Below are positions 1 to 13,569 of a stretch of DNA of 64,000 nucleotides, piece by piece. A program made the position numbers and the translations under genes. Source of the stretch: Azolla caroliniana. Its lineage: Eukaryota > Plantae > Polypodiophyta. The stretch's first letter is position 1. Each line of letters starts with the position of its first letter. Location of the stretch: the NCBI GenBank assembly GCA_043228905.1, contig JBHGNT010000016.1, positions 14,012,001 to 14,076,000 on the forward strand. Reading direction: 5' to 3'. The notes beneath the pieces were generated by a model that was not told where the DNA came from, made no database searches, and saw only the letters and a program-made list of their open reading frames with translations.

Positions 1-284
1 GCATTATTCCGCATATTCTTGTTAGGAGGTTACAAGTATTTATACTGTGAGTCGAAGTACATGCATTAGAATATTCGGGAGAATATTCTAGAACCCTCTA
101 GAACCTTCTAGTTCTAGAACTTTCTAAAAACTCCTAGAACTTGAAATAGATAATCTACTAATAATCTACCAAGATATACGTAACATGACATATATTTGGA
201 TGTGTTGGTTAGAACACAACGCTTGACTATATATAAGAGGTCAAGAGTTTAAATCTTGACATGACTGTTGTCATGTCTCTGACA
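1..284 (-). mobile_element. LTR fragment (5' part, begins TGTCA on minus strand) truncating the LINE
   Basis: Minus strand starts TGTCAGAGAC, has TTCTAGAA-rich repeats then TATAAATA, the same layout as the LTR at 49958/53304; runs off the window edge. Confidence 0.5.
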
Positions 285-299
285 CCAAATTTGTTTCCA

Positions 300-3200
300 A
301 AACTTCACCATATGAGCAGATGAGACATTACCTTCCTCCGAATACTTTTTTCCACTAGGTATCGACTTAGTCTGTTTCAACATTAAGTTTCCCCTAAACG
401 CCACGAATATGTGAAGAAAGGGAGGACCTTAGTCGAAGAGTCAAACATGGACAGTTTCCAACCATAATCCAATGGATCCCACTGCAGATCGTCAATTGGC
501 CTAGAGTGTAACACCGAAATATGAGACGAGTAGTTAGCAATTAATGGACTAGGATCAATATATTTTTTATTATCTAATCTAGCATTTATTCGCACTGGCA
601 ACTGCTTTGCAGCGGACATAATTGGAGACTCATCCACTAGTATCAACCTACCATTGTCCAAAACTTCATAAAAATAAAGCCTGCCATTTTTATGATATAA
701 CTGAGCTCCTATAAGTATATTGAGTGTCGAGAACATATCGTACCAACTCTGAAAATGATCGAATTGCAACGTTGGCACTGTGACGTGATACACTGTGGAC
801 AGTTGAGAGAACATGATCTTTGCCCCTCTTAAATTATCTGACATATTCCTTTGATCCTGCACTGAAGACTGCAGAAACTTTATCCAATCCGCACCCGTAC
901 GAGCTGGGCCACTGTCCATTGGAGCCCAAGATAACCTAGGGTGTAAACCCAAAACACATGCAGCTTCATCAGTAAATAAAGGATTCCATATTAACGGTTG
1001 ACTCATAAATTGATGATAACTTTTCGATGGCAAGAAAACAAGTGCTTGCCGAAGACTTTCCCATGCCCAAAACATTCCATTAATGAAACGTAACTATCCA
1101 ACATTGGACTTAGGTAGCTAAAAAACTGCAGTAAAGAACCATCTAAGACTATCATTCCATTGACCACCTACCAATGGCTTGACCTTATGTAAATGCTGAA
1201 TCCATAGCATTTTCCATAAATCCTATCTTGGCAATAAACTCCTAACAACATGTTTAGTAAGTAAGTCTTTACTTTGCATAAATGGATCAATCAAACCTAA
1301 ACCACCTTTTTGTTTAGATTGTATTAGAACAAACCAAGCTACCTTTGCTACAGAATTGCTTGAACTATTGTTTCCCCAAATAAAATTATGTACTAAATGT
1401 TGAACTTTCAACATTATTGACCTAGAAAACAACCATGTAGATGCAATATACCAAATCAAGGACAGAAGCACCGAATTAGCTACAACTACACGTCCAGTTA
1501 AGGATAGCTTTTCCTTGTTCCAAAATACTAGTTTATTCCTTAATCTTAACAATAAGGGCGCAATCATATCTTTTGTCTTTAATCCCAAACCCACTTGACA
1601 ACCTAGATACCTAACAAACTGACCTTGAGGTATCCACGTGAATCCTAAGGAAGGTACATTAATTGGCGGATCTCCAAAAGCGACCCAAAAACCTGATGAT
1701 TTATCCCACTTTATCAATGCACCCGATGCATCTGAGAAATCATCCATGACCTTTTGCACTTGTAAAAAATTACAATGTGAGGCATGAACATATAAAGTTG
1801 TATCATCAGCGAATTCGCTATCCACGCCAACATTTGCCACTAGTAGTGTTAAACCTTTAATATTTACATATTGAGAATTTAAATGTACGGAAAATGCTTC
1901 AGATACTAGCAAAAACAAGAAAGGAGCAAGTGGACATCCCTACCGTACTGATCTTGAAATAGAAAACCGCCTACCAATATCCCCTGCAAATAAAAGAGAA
2001 CGATTTCCATTATGATATAATGTTGATACTCCTCGTATCCATCTACTTGGGAAACCCATCCTGAAGAATGTTCCCTCCATAAAATCCCAGTCCATTCTGT
2101 CGTAAGCTTTTTCAAAATCAAGAAATAACACTGCCAAATCTTGCTTATGTAATTCAGCGAAGGCCACCATTTCCCAAAAGAGAATAATATTATAAAAATA
2201 CTTTGCTCTTGCAAAAAACCAATCTGGGTATCATGAATCAACTCCAAAAGATAAGGTTGTAACCGTCTAGCTATAACTTTTGTTAATATTTTATAAATAA
2301 CATTCAACAAGGTGATTGGTCTCCAATGGCTAAGCTCTTCTAACGGTCCACTTGTTTTAGGAATCATATAGATTAAACCCTCCCTCCTTCCATTCTTGTG
2401 GCATATTTCCGGAATCTAAAATCTGTTGATAGGCGTTGGTCAGTCCATCACCTATCAAATCCCAATACTGGATATACCATTGGACTCCCAACCCATCCAA
2501 ACTAGGACAAACATCCTTTGCAAGGGCTTTTACTGCTTTAAAAACCTCTTGAGAACTTTATGGTTGCAAAAGACAACTGAAAAGTTGTACAAACACCCTA
2601 TTATGAATCCTTGAGCATATGATGTCCCTCTTAACCAAATCATCCTTAGAAAAGGGTCTAGCATTTAATAAAGTCTCATAATAATCAAACGCTATTTCTC
2701 GCATCTTACTAGGATCAATGGTATAGGGTCAAGACATTTTAAACGAGAAATCCTAGCGGATGACTTATGATGATTATGCACTACAAAGAATAGCTTATTG
2801 ACTTTATTTCCCGATTTTGCCCATGTGGCCGAAATATTGTGATAATTAAAATAAGCTAAAATCTTTTCTAAGTCCAATATTTGATTCCCTACTTGTACCA
2901 CTTGGGAACTTATATAACTCGAATACGGTCTTCTCTCTTGTAGATGTTGCAGGGATTTCAATCCCCTATGAAGCCTACCTATTTTAGTTAAAGACACATA
3001 AAATACTTGTTTAGCCTTACCGTGGAAAATTTGTTGTGTTTCACTAATAGCCTTTTGGACACTAGATAATGCATAATCATAGGCATAGTCATAATTATTC
3101 CAAATATCATGCACAATACGAGCACAATCTTGGCAAAGAAACACATGATTCAGAATTCTAAACCTAGAATTTTTATAATGCTCCTGCAAGACTATAACTA

Positions 3201-3955
3201 AATGAAGTGGTGCATGATCAGAAAAGGAAAATGAAGGTATGATTCCAATGGAACCTCCTTTGTCCCATAAAAACTTATCAACATAAAATCTATCTAACCT
3301 AGACAAATTAGTATGTGACTGTCTTCTATCTGATCTTGAGTAATCTAAGGAATCTTGTATCCTTGCAAAAGAAGCACATGCCACAAGTCCATTAAACCTA
3401 AAGAAAAAATCAAATGTTCCCATTCATATAAATCTAAACAAGATGATGTTTGTGATGTGTCTTCTAACCTATCACACCCATCCTCCAACATATTAAAGTC
3501 ACCCACAATTGCCCAGTGGTCAACAACCGGTAACTGTGCCATTATGCTCTTCCATAATATCCTTCTATCTTTGGTATGATTCGGTGCATATATATTCAAC
3601 AATCCCCATTTCTTCAAACCAATTTGTAAAATTACATAATGACCTCTACCACAAGTCAAAACTCCGTAATGTAAGAAAGAAGACCACCAAATATCATTTA
3701 TTGCAATGTAAAGTCCTGCCTTCAGATTATTATCCACAATTGTAGGCACCTAGAACTATCTCCACTATCTTGGCAACAAATTTCCATATTTTTGTATCCT
3801 TTGTTCATTTAAATGATGCTCTTGAATAAGAAGAACATCAATCCTACCTATCAAAAACTTCCTTAACTGATGACGGAAAACACTCCTTACTTTATAGTAA
3901 TGTCAGTCTCCTAGGCCCCGTACATTCCATGAAATAATATTTAACCTATCCATCA
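300..3955 (-). pseudogene. L1-type LINE ORF2 (AP endonuclease + reverse transcriptase), frameshifted
   Basis: Collinear ORF fragments: NIYAPN, GDFN, SRLDRFY, SDHAP (APE); WRPITLLNVIYKIL, LDFEKAYDR, FADDT, RYLG, KGGLGL (RT). Confidence 0.9.
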
Positions 3956-3959
3956 TTCA

Positions 3960-5453
3960 TATTTTGCACTCCTATTCTCCTTTCGGCAAGTGCAACGTCT
4001 CTGCCCTTCCTTCCATCCTTCGAGGCCCGTAATTGTCTCTTATTTTACCAGATGTCTGTCCTAGTCAACTTATGTGCACACACTGGCATATGTTTATCTA
4101 TTATAGACTTAACAACATCTATTGTAAACCCTATCGGATGACTTAACAACTGTAGTAAAAGCAGCTAAATTGCTACAATTCATGTCAGCATGTGTAAGAT
4201 CAACCTTGACCACTTCATTTTTTTAAAAATCGTTCAAAGCTACGGATCTATCAACTTGTTGTACTTGATCTAAAAATAGTTGTTTATCGTTACTAAATTG
4301 ATTATTGCCCTTAGAAACAGATTCTACATTTTGTACCTTCAAAATGTGTTTTGTGAATTATGTTCCACCCGATGCTCCTTTGTGAAAATTGGGAGGGAAA
4401 AACCGCCATCCACTTGACTAATCCCCACCTTTTCCACTTCCTGCAAAGAGCGATAAGGGTTAGGTTCAAGTAATAACACAGGATTAACCAACGTACGATT
4501 TGGTTTAAAAACATGTTTAGCAGAAACTGTAGACCAACCCTCATTATTAACATTTGGTTGAGTAGGTGGATGGGCTTCAACATTCGGATGTCGCTTCTGA
4601 CAATCTCGACCTAAATGACCAAACTGTTGACACACAAAACATTGATCAAGCAAACCTTGATAATATACCTTTTGCACAACTGGTGCTTTATTTATAAGTA
4701 AATTAGGTAAGGAAATAGTTGCCGACAAATGAACAAATCTTGGTGCAATCAACCGAATAGCAGGGACCCCACCCACTCTATCTATCCCATAAACCTGTCC
4801 ATCACGTGTAGCAATGACCTTACCAAACAAAACCCCAATACGAGGAAGAACATTCCTCCACTCCTTCCTCAATCTAGGGAATATCGCCGTAAAAACCATA
4901 CTAAACTCTTGATCTTGCAATATGTCATTTACCTTAACATTATGAGACCATTTATGAAAAGATACCCACACACCTTCCACGCCTACCTCCTTAATCGCTA
5001 GTAGTCTTGTGACGGGCTCCTCACTTGCCAATTCCACATGGTAACATCCTTGAGACATGAATTGAATATTGAGTATGTTATTTGCTTCCTCCGAGAAAGC
5101 CGCGTACAAAGTATGACAGAGTTCTGATCGATTCAAATGATCTCAAACCCTGTACCTGCACTACCAAGAAGCAAGCCTCCAACCTTTGTACCTCGTCCAA
5201 GACTGTAGCTCTATCCTCCTCCGATAACACAAGGTTGACTCTCTCATCACTCAAATGAAGCGAAAGTTGGGGGGGGGGGGGGGGGGGGTGCACTGGATTC
5301 TCCTGCTTGCGTATGCAGTCCAGCCGCAGATGAAGTAAGAGGCTGGTCCGCAGTCGACCTCCTGCTCGTGCTGGGAGCACCTGTTGTTGTGGTTGCATTG
5401 TCCGCGCCATACATGATCGGTTCCTTTCTTGTTTGTTGCATCGCTCTATCCAA
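3960..5453 (-). pseudogene. LINE ORF1 (DUF4283-like region + CCHC zinc knuckle), frameshifted
   Basis: ORF 4339-5136 contains CFVCQQFGHLGRDC; directly upstream of ORF2 on the same strand; poly-Pro from a G run near 5270. Confidence 0.8.
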
Positions 5454-5469
5454 CCATCAGGATCACATA

Positions 5470-5770
5470 ACTCATTGGTTTCCAAAATTACCCATCTACC
5501 TTGATAGTTATATAGATAAGCTTGTTGATTTTCAAAACTACCTATATGTAAAGCTTGTTGGCATTCAAATTCACATACATACATACCTTTGTTGGTTTTC
5601 CAAATCACACATCTACCACCACCAATTATATAGATAGATAGTCTTGTTGGTTTTCAAAGTTGCTAATATGCCCTTCCTAGTGTTCACAATTGCCCATGTA
5701 TATAGCTTTGCTAGTTCTTGAAACTACATTTATACCCTTGCTAGGTTTACGAAACTACCTATATTTGTTG
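5470..5770. repeat. Degenerate ~40-bp tandem repeats upstream of LINE ORF1
   Basis: Recurring CTTGTTG(A/G)TTTTC..AA(CT)AC..AT units. Confidence 0.5.
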
Positions 5771-7230
5771 AATGACATGAAAAATTAAAATTAGATTAGT
5801 TTAATTCTTTGCATAATAATCATAATGAAATCGATATCTTATTGAAGTTTCTAATAAGTTAGCCTTGTCTTGTAATTCCCACTCCATTAGCTAGGACATC
5901 ACGTTTGGAAGAGAATAATTTTTAATACTTTCAAGAGAATAAATTTGCTTACAACTTTTCACTTGCAAGAAATCATTTTAAATGTACTTAAAAGTTTAAT
6001 GTACAATCCTTGACATTATTGAGGAAATTTTATTTTGTTACCCACTATTCCACTAGGGGTTCCATAACACTCTTGGTTCCACCATTTATGGTGAACGTGT
6101 TGAGTACAACTTCGTTTCTTGATATTTTAAACCTTGGGGACCTAATTTTCTTATGAGCAAGATGGTGGTTTAGCAAACTATGTACGTAGCAAATTTTATA
6201 ATCATTTGCTATATCCCTTATTTCACTTTGTCTTGTGTTTCCAACTACCATCACTTTCTTTCACTCATGCTCCAATCCAATGGGGGATCAATGGGAATTC
6301 CTTCCAACACAACATTTTTCACACAAACCCTTATATCAACTCACCACACACCCCCTCCCATTTCTATTGAATTTGGAAACCTTGTTTCTAGAATTGAAAA
6401 TATCCTTCATTTCAATGGAACCTAATTCCAAACCTTTACATACAACTGCATTGGTAAGTTGCACGATCTATGGTTCCTCAAAGTACCATGCATAATTCCT
6501 AGGTATATATTCACTTGCAATGTATGGTTTAGATTACATACATGAATTCCATGCATAGCATTACCAAGTCCTATTGAATGTGGGTCAGGTCAAATATAAA
6601 AACGTCAACAAAAGGAATTTGTTAATGTTCCACTACATCTTTTGTACTAATCATCATGACTGTTGTACAAGATATGACTTGCTGACATGCAATGCTACGG
6701 TTACAGTTGAAGGACTAAAGTTAATTGCATTAGCAATGCCCCAAGATTGATAATAATAGTGAATAAGGTTGTTATTGCTACTTTACACCACCAATGTTTT
6801 ATCAAGAAAGACAATAGATAACATATCTATATCTAAATATTCTCAAAAACGCTCTTGTATTAATTTTCTCATATGTATCACAAACAACATAAATTATTAC
6901 AAGTCCATTTCGACAAGGTCATCGTTTGGGCTTGTGAATTCACAAGCATAAAATCTTTATCAAAATGGGGAGAGCACCAAATGTCTCCATGCAAAAACTT
7001 TCTCGAGACCCACACAAAGCCAAAAAGTTAGCAAGTACATCAATAAGTAATTTCCACGTATAATATGCTAATTGTGGCCACATGTAACAAAACAGATGAA
7101 CGATGCTATTGATGTCCTCTCATGTTTTATGAATTCTGTAAAGAAGGAATTCTTTCCTCCTGAATTGTATTACAGCGAAGGATCTTTCCATAAGGAATTA
7201 CGAAAGCACATAATGCTTTTGCATCTTTTT

Positions 7231-10200
7231 TCAACTATGCATTGTATCTTTCCGCAATTGCGCATTGTACATTTCCTGTTAAAAGTTTTAAAAAAATCAA
7301 GAAATGATGAATCACACATTTCCAACATAATCATTCTTTAAAAATATAAAGACATGTTACATAGCAAACGCCATTATTCCCCTACAGTTAGTGTGGCTAT
7401 AAAAAATGCTGTAGTATAGCCTTGACATTCTTTCAGGAAGATGGTACCCACAATTTTGATGCCTCGTGTGTATCAAATAGTAACATGCCACATAATGAAT
7501 GATAATAACATTAACAACAATGCTAAATGGTCTTCACACATCCTTGTTGTCAATAGTGGCATGTATGTATTGTACACTGCATGTGGGTGAACGTTATTTA
7601 AATAATTTCGCGTTTCTTTTTCATTTTTCCAGTTGGATCCTATAAATACAGCTCTCATCCCTCCCAATGCTTTTCATAAAACTTCTAAAACAATTATTTC
7701 CTTTTTGTATCTTCTTGCAACCTGATAAGTACGCTTACATGCTCCATGCAGAATTGATCTAGGCTCTAGTTCTCTTCCATTTGAGGGTAAGAAAGTACAC
7801 AGAAGGAAGAGAAAATTTTCAGTTGCAAATATGAGAAAAACATGAGATTGATATAGCAATAACTTCTACAAGATTTTCTACAGGATAAAAAAATCATGAG
7901 ACATTTGTAAAGATTTGCCAACAAAAAAAGAATCTAGCTTTAGTCCACCAAGAATGCATTACAAACATTCAAATGTCCACTCTAAAGCTATCCTGCAAAG
8001 TAGTATTGTGATGGACGTATGTGTGATATCTGTGAGGTATCTATTAGATCCTCCATGGTTCAGGCAAAGTTGATGCAGCCCTAGTATCATCAACGAAAGG
8101 CATTCCATGGCTTCTATCCCAATTCATAAAGAAGCCTAGGATAAAGCTCCTACAATACCCTTTATAAAGAGCCAAATAACATAATCCTACAAAAAGTCAG
8201 AAACCAGTACACACGAATGAAAACAGATTATTAAAATCCTGATTTTGTGAAACACTAGTCACATGAATGTGGGGTGAACGGAAATATAAATGGGATGTGT
8301 ACAAGGTTAGACTATGGTCCAGGAATAGACACAATTGGGGGGGGGGGGGACAACATCACTAAAAATGATATGTATGTGTATGTATTTTTATGCATAAAAA
8401 CATTTATGTGTATGTATTCATTATATACACACGTTTTTTATGCAATCATATAAGTACATAGTTAAGCAGTGTTTCCAAAACAAAGAAAAGCATGTGCTTC
8501 TTTATTTCACCCCACCAACAAGAAATGAAAAAATATAACTCCATTCTCAACTTTCAGGGTTTCCAAATAAAGAGTATGAGTAAACATAAGCCTAATATAT
8601 TTATATATTTGCATATAGATACATATCTACACTTTGAGAGTCATAATCTGTTCAGAATACGCGTATAAACACCTAATATATCTATATAAATGCACACTAG
8701 GTATATATAGCGACTATACATTGGACATATGAGAACGTTACTGCGAGTATTTATAAGTTTTTCTTTATTAGTGCCTGGGCAAAAGTGTTCTTCTACTTAG
8801 TAAGTGGGCATATATAATGTGATTCTGTCAAACATGAAATTCTCAATTTCTGTGCAATTGTGCATACGTGAAATACAGTGGTAATACTTTGGAAGCCTGA
8901 CACCTTACCATAGGGTAAATAGAATTATCAAGAGAGTTTTGGGAAAACTCCATGAATACAATACTTGGGATTATTCTAATTATAGACATAGACATAGATA
9001 TCTTAGAAGACATCAATATCGATTTCATTAAGCACATACTTTCTTTGGAAACATACGTATGCATAAAAAATATCAGTTCTTTCATTGTTCTAAGAGCAGA
9101 GGTAGAATTTAGTTCTAACCTTTGTTCAGTCTCAATGGCCATTTTGGTCTTTTAGAGATGTTCAGAGCCTGTGTTGGAGATTTTTTCAAGGATGAAGTTT
9201 CAGTACATCTAGGTTCACAACATTAAATATTTAACCATTGGGAATATCTTGTACCTTACGCAGTTTTATTGATCTGGTTATGACTATTTTAACTCCTCAG
9301 TTCTCCAAGTTGAAATAGCATTTTACTATTTAGTTATAGTTCCCTTTTCCCTCTTAAAAGATGTTTATATATATTTCTTTCATATACTGATTGGACCCTG
9401 GTAAGACATGTTTTTACCAACCCATGCATCCGAGTATAAATCTCACTATATGCACTACTTTGCTACATGCCACTGCAAGATGTAGGGATTGAACACATGA
9501 CCTTCTGGTCTCTGTTGAACAACCTTACCACCTGAGCTACAACTATCTGGGCTCTCTCTCCTTGTCTCTCTCTCTTTCTATGTGTGTGTGTGTGTGTGTG
9601 TGTGTATAACCTTCTGGTCTCTGCTGAACAACCTTACCACCTGATCTACAACTATCTGGGCTCTCTCTGCTTGTCTCAACATATATATAAAATTCTAAAT
9701 ATAAACATGTGTTGTCTTTACAAATATTTTAAATACTCAAGACATATCACATAAATCCGGTATAATGAATATACCTGTTTAAGCAACAGAGATGAAGAAT
9801 CGGACACCTGCTTTGACAAAATCTCAAGCTTAAGCAGCATTTTGGAATATAAATCTTCAAGTGCTGATACATGTAGCATCCCATTAGGTTCCAAAAGTCT
9901 TGCTAGCCTCTCCACCTTAAATCCTTCTGAGTAGACATCCAATAATGTTTGTTCATTCGACAAGGGTGCTGAATCTTGTATATTGGCATCATGGTCCTCT
10001 TTCGGCCATGATTTTAGCCTAGTCTTGTTATGCAAGTCACTTTCACCTTCACCTTCACTTTCACTATTTATAGGCATCGGAAACAGAGGAAATGGTACAA
10101 CCGGAGAAAAAGAATCATAATTTCCTCTAAATGCAGGCCCAATATTAACAATTTTCAACATTCTTGGTTCAAATCTTTGTGACTGAAAATGGTATTGGTA

Positions 10201-11091
10201 CACTCTATAGTCGTGTGTGTGAATAGCTTGCTCCATACCAGATTCTGTGAAAAGCATGAACAAGAATGGAGATAAATTTTCAGCTGAAACAATACTGTTA
10301 AATTGAACTGAAGACGTATCTGAAACAACATCCTGAACAGTATTTTTCTCCATAGTCTCTTTGGGGGACAATATATTGGTCTTTTCCACAGTTTCTTTGG
10401 AAGATAATTGAACCGAAGAATCAACTGAAGCAATACCACTATCAATAATTTTATCTCTAATGCTTTTCGAATTCGATGTATTTCCACTGTCTGATGGAGA
10501 TGAATCAACATCAATAGGAGAAGAAAGGTCACCTATTGTTTGTCGGGGTGAGCTCATTGGGCTCTCCTTCATGTGAGGAAGGCTTGTATGAGCAGTATGA
10601 ACAAACCTTAAAGTGCTTGAATCTCCATGGTTGTTAATCCTTGAAGCAACCAAACCCTTAGTAACGGCCATCTCTCTCAAAGACGGTCTCATTGGTGTGT
10701 TTCTCCGACCCATAAACCAACCTATCATTGGATCACGCCCTTTTCTTTCATTATTTCCCTCTCTTCCTTTGTCGTCTTTTCCTTTTCCTCCTTTCTTTTC
10801 TTCTATTTCTTCTCTATGCCCTAAGAGCTTTGCAAGCTTGCTAGGGTCAGGTCGCCCACAAGCATCATAGAAACCAAACGAAGAACCAGAAGAGCAAAAA
10901 CCTGTGATTACTGCATTGATCTCTTCTTTGAGGCCGCACTGTTCATCGTCATCTTCGATCCGGGACAAGATCTCCGTGTGAATGTACCCAAAGAGGATGC
11001 CATCAGAGTCTCCGCTTGAAGAAGAGAAGTCTTGTAAGATGTGGGCGAGGATGGATCCTGAAATAGAGACACGGTGCAGAGCTTGATCCAT
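7231..11091 (-). CDS. Abraxas/FAM175-like (BRCA1-A / BRISC complex subunit, MPN- domain); exons 11091-9775 and 7275-7231, ~453 aa
   Basis: VSISGSIL..DGILFG..FYD..IGWFMGRRNTPMRPSLRE..IHTHDYR..NIGPAFRG motifs match plant Abraxas. Donor CAG|GTAT at 9774 and acceptor TTTTAACAG at 7276 give the in-frame end LLKQ|EMYNAQLRKDTMHS*, like the conserved coiled-coil end. Confidence 0.85.
9478..9676 (-). mobile_element. tRNA-derived SINE-like element with partial duplication and (CT)n/(TG)n microsatellites, in the Abraxas intron
   Basis: Minus strand GTAGCTCAGGTGGTAAGG (A box) ... GTGTTCAATCCC (B box); ~70 bp duplicated at about 9608-9676. Confidence 0.6.
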
Positions 11092-12075
11092 CAAGCTCTG
11101 CTATATGGGGTCGATCCTTCAGAGGGGGGAGACGAACACAGGAACAGAGGGAGGCATAGACATGCTCTGTTTCCTTTTGTCCTTTCCTGTGTCTCTCTGA
11201 TTTGGTGCTTCTAAGTTTTAACTTTTGATGATAGTTCCGTGTTAACCTTGGGGAACTGTTTTATTTTGATTCATTCACAATCAACATTTGGGGCTACAAG
11301 ACCTTCGGATGGAACGAGTTTTGGCCTTTTATGTATAATAACAATGTGGTTCGATAGCCGATCCCCCTCTCTTATGCGTGCCAATCATGCTTTTTGGTCT
11401 GGCGCTCCTCTCGAATCAAGTCAACTCCTCGCCCTTGTCCCTGCAGAGCTACTGTAGAAGAAGCCGGCTCATTGTCCCATTAACGACGCTTGTTGCAGTG
11501 CCCACATACGCTTTTAGAAATAGAAGTACCTTGCTTGAGTCCAATTCAGCTTTATCAAGTGCAGATAGTTGAATGGATCTTTGTTTGAACTCTTGAAGCA
11601 CAGCTCTGACACTCAATGATTTGTTGGGAGATTCGACCCAATCATTAAATCTTTCTTCTTTATCTAGGATGAATAATTGAGTTTATATTCATCCAAGAGG
11701 ATCCTTTCGAAAAATTCCCAATTTGGACTTGTAAATTATACCTCTACGATCTGGAGTCACGTAAATGCCCGTATATGTGCTACTTGAGCAGGACCACGAG
11801 GGACCTAGACTGGGAGGATGTGATTTCACGTGAGAAGATTCTTGGAACAACCTTGTAGATCTCCTTGTATGAATACCGCTTTATACAATTTAGAGCTCAA
11901 AGACTGAGGGGAGTGCTTGGGAGGCAAATGAAGGGAGGAAGGCAAGTGCATGATTCAAACAAATAAAGTGAATGAACGAGGCGAACAAATGGATGCGAAC
12001 ATTCAAGGGGAGTGAACACAAATGGATTGTTAGAAGGAGGCGAACTCTTGTTATCCACCACTTACCACTCCAAAT

Positions 12076-12076
<1 letters not shown>

Positions 12077-12116
<40 letters not shown>
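12077..12116. repeat. (CA)n microsatellite
   Basis: About 20 CA units. Confidence 0.95.
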
Positions 12117-12118
<2 letters not shown>

Positions 12119-12462
12119 GGTGTAGCAGTAATTAACACATGACTATTGTTAATCACACAACATTAACACTTCAACACAAGAACGGCTCAAAATATACAAT
12201 TAGAGGATATTGTTCTTTCTTACAACAAAAGGGGTTCACGAAATATTGCCACGAAAGTGGTGGCTCACCAAATATTGCCACCGAATATTTCTTACAACAA
12301 AAGGGGTTCACCAAATATTGCCACGAAAGGGATTAAAAGCTTAAATATAACAAGTGCATGTAAGCGAGCACATATGCGATAGGAGGCATGACCTTAGGTT
12401 GCACAATATGTTAATTTATTTGTGCATTGTGTTAGTGCTTCTTTGGTTTCCTTGAGTGTGTA

Positions 12463-13210
12463 TGTTGAGCAAGCAAGCTCAAACATGGGTCGGATCGGTT
12501 GGACAAGCCAGTAGGTCAAACCAGAATCGATCCGGTTGGCTAGGCCCAGTTTTCGGACGGGATGCTGGATCGACTGAAGAAGTAGGTTACCGGATTCAGA
12601 TGACAGACTAGCTACTAGATCCGGAAGATAGATCAGGACCGGATGATGGAGCGGTTGTGGAAGCTGTCCAAAACGTCACACGTGCCGAGTAGACCTATTT
12701 TATTAAATAGGTCAAACATAGGCAATTTAGTGTCAAAACTCTTATGTGAGCATTAAAGTACAGATGGTACTTGTGTCAGCCCACTCTCAAGACTTATATA
12801 AAAATGATTTGTAAGTTGATTTTTGAATCAAAGTTTTTTGTCCGCTCTCTCTTTGTCTCTCTCTGATACTGTGTATCTCCATTCTCTGTGCTTTCCTAAC
12901 TATTGTACTTTCGGATAATTGACTATGTACTCTGTGTGTTATGTAACTTCCGCACGTATCTTTTTACATGGTACTAGAGCGTGAGGGTTCAGAATGTTTT
13001 GCTATGTCGAAGGAGCTAATGATACAACACTGGATTTGACACACAGGGACTTTCCGGCCTGGGAGTAGGCGACAAGTAGAGTTATGTACTACCTCACGTC
13101 AGTGTTGGAGATCAACTACACAACTACATCTGGGATGCCAAAATGACGAAGGATTCTTGGGGAAGTCGGAAGAAGATTTTAAGCTCAGACATGAGTTGAG
13201 CAGCGCCCAT
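12463..13210 (+). mobile_element. Copia 5' LTR (12463-12968) + PBS + decayed gag start
   Basis: TGTTGAG...TTACA, then TGGTACTAGAGC (Met-i-type PBS); LTR start resembles LTRs ending at 61140 and 63086; gag-like DFPAWE remnant follows. Confidence 0.65.
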
Positions 13211-13569
13211 AGTTCGAAAAGCATGAAGTTTAGAAAAAGCATAAAGTTTAGAAGAAAGCATAAAGTCTATAGTTAGAAAAAACATGGATTGTTAAGTCTC
13301 TTCCATCACTATAGAAGGATGGGAGTAAATTGTAATTGATGGGAAAAAAATTGGGTTGATAAATTTTGGGGTAAAAATTCATGGGTATTATTAGGGTTTT
13401 AAATATGGATTAATCCAACAAACTATACTCATGGGATTCATGAGTTTTCTATCTCTCTCTCTCTCTCAATCTATTCATATTCTTATCTAAATATTGATTA
13501 ATAAAATACATTATACTCGTGGGATTCAAGAGTTCTCTCTCTCACACAATTTATTCATAACTAGATTCA

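Noticed and set aside
5268-5288. Poly-G run as a regulatory G-quadruplex
   Set aside because: Encodes poly-Pro in LINE ORF1, and homopolymer length is unreliable
9478-9545. Functional tRNA gene
   Set aside because: A and B boxes present but no convincing acceptor or anticodon stems; better explained as SINE-like
11200-11900. Coding remnant upstream of the Abraxas-like gene
   Set aside because: Possibly a decayed gag, but no motif is clear enough to call
12215-12330. ~41-bp direct repeat
   Set aside because: Simple local duplication with no further structure
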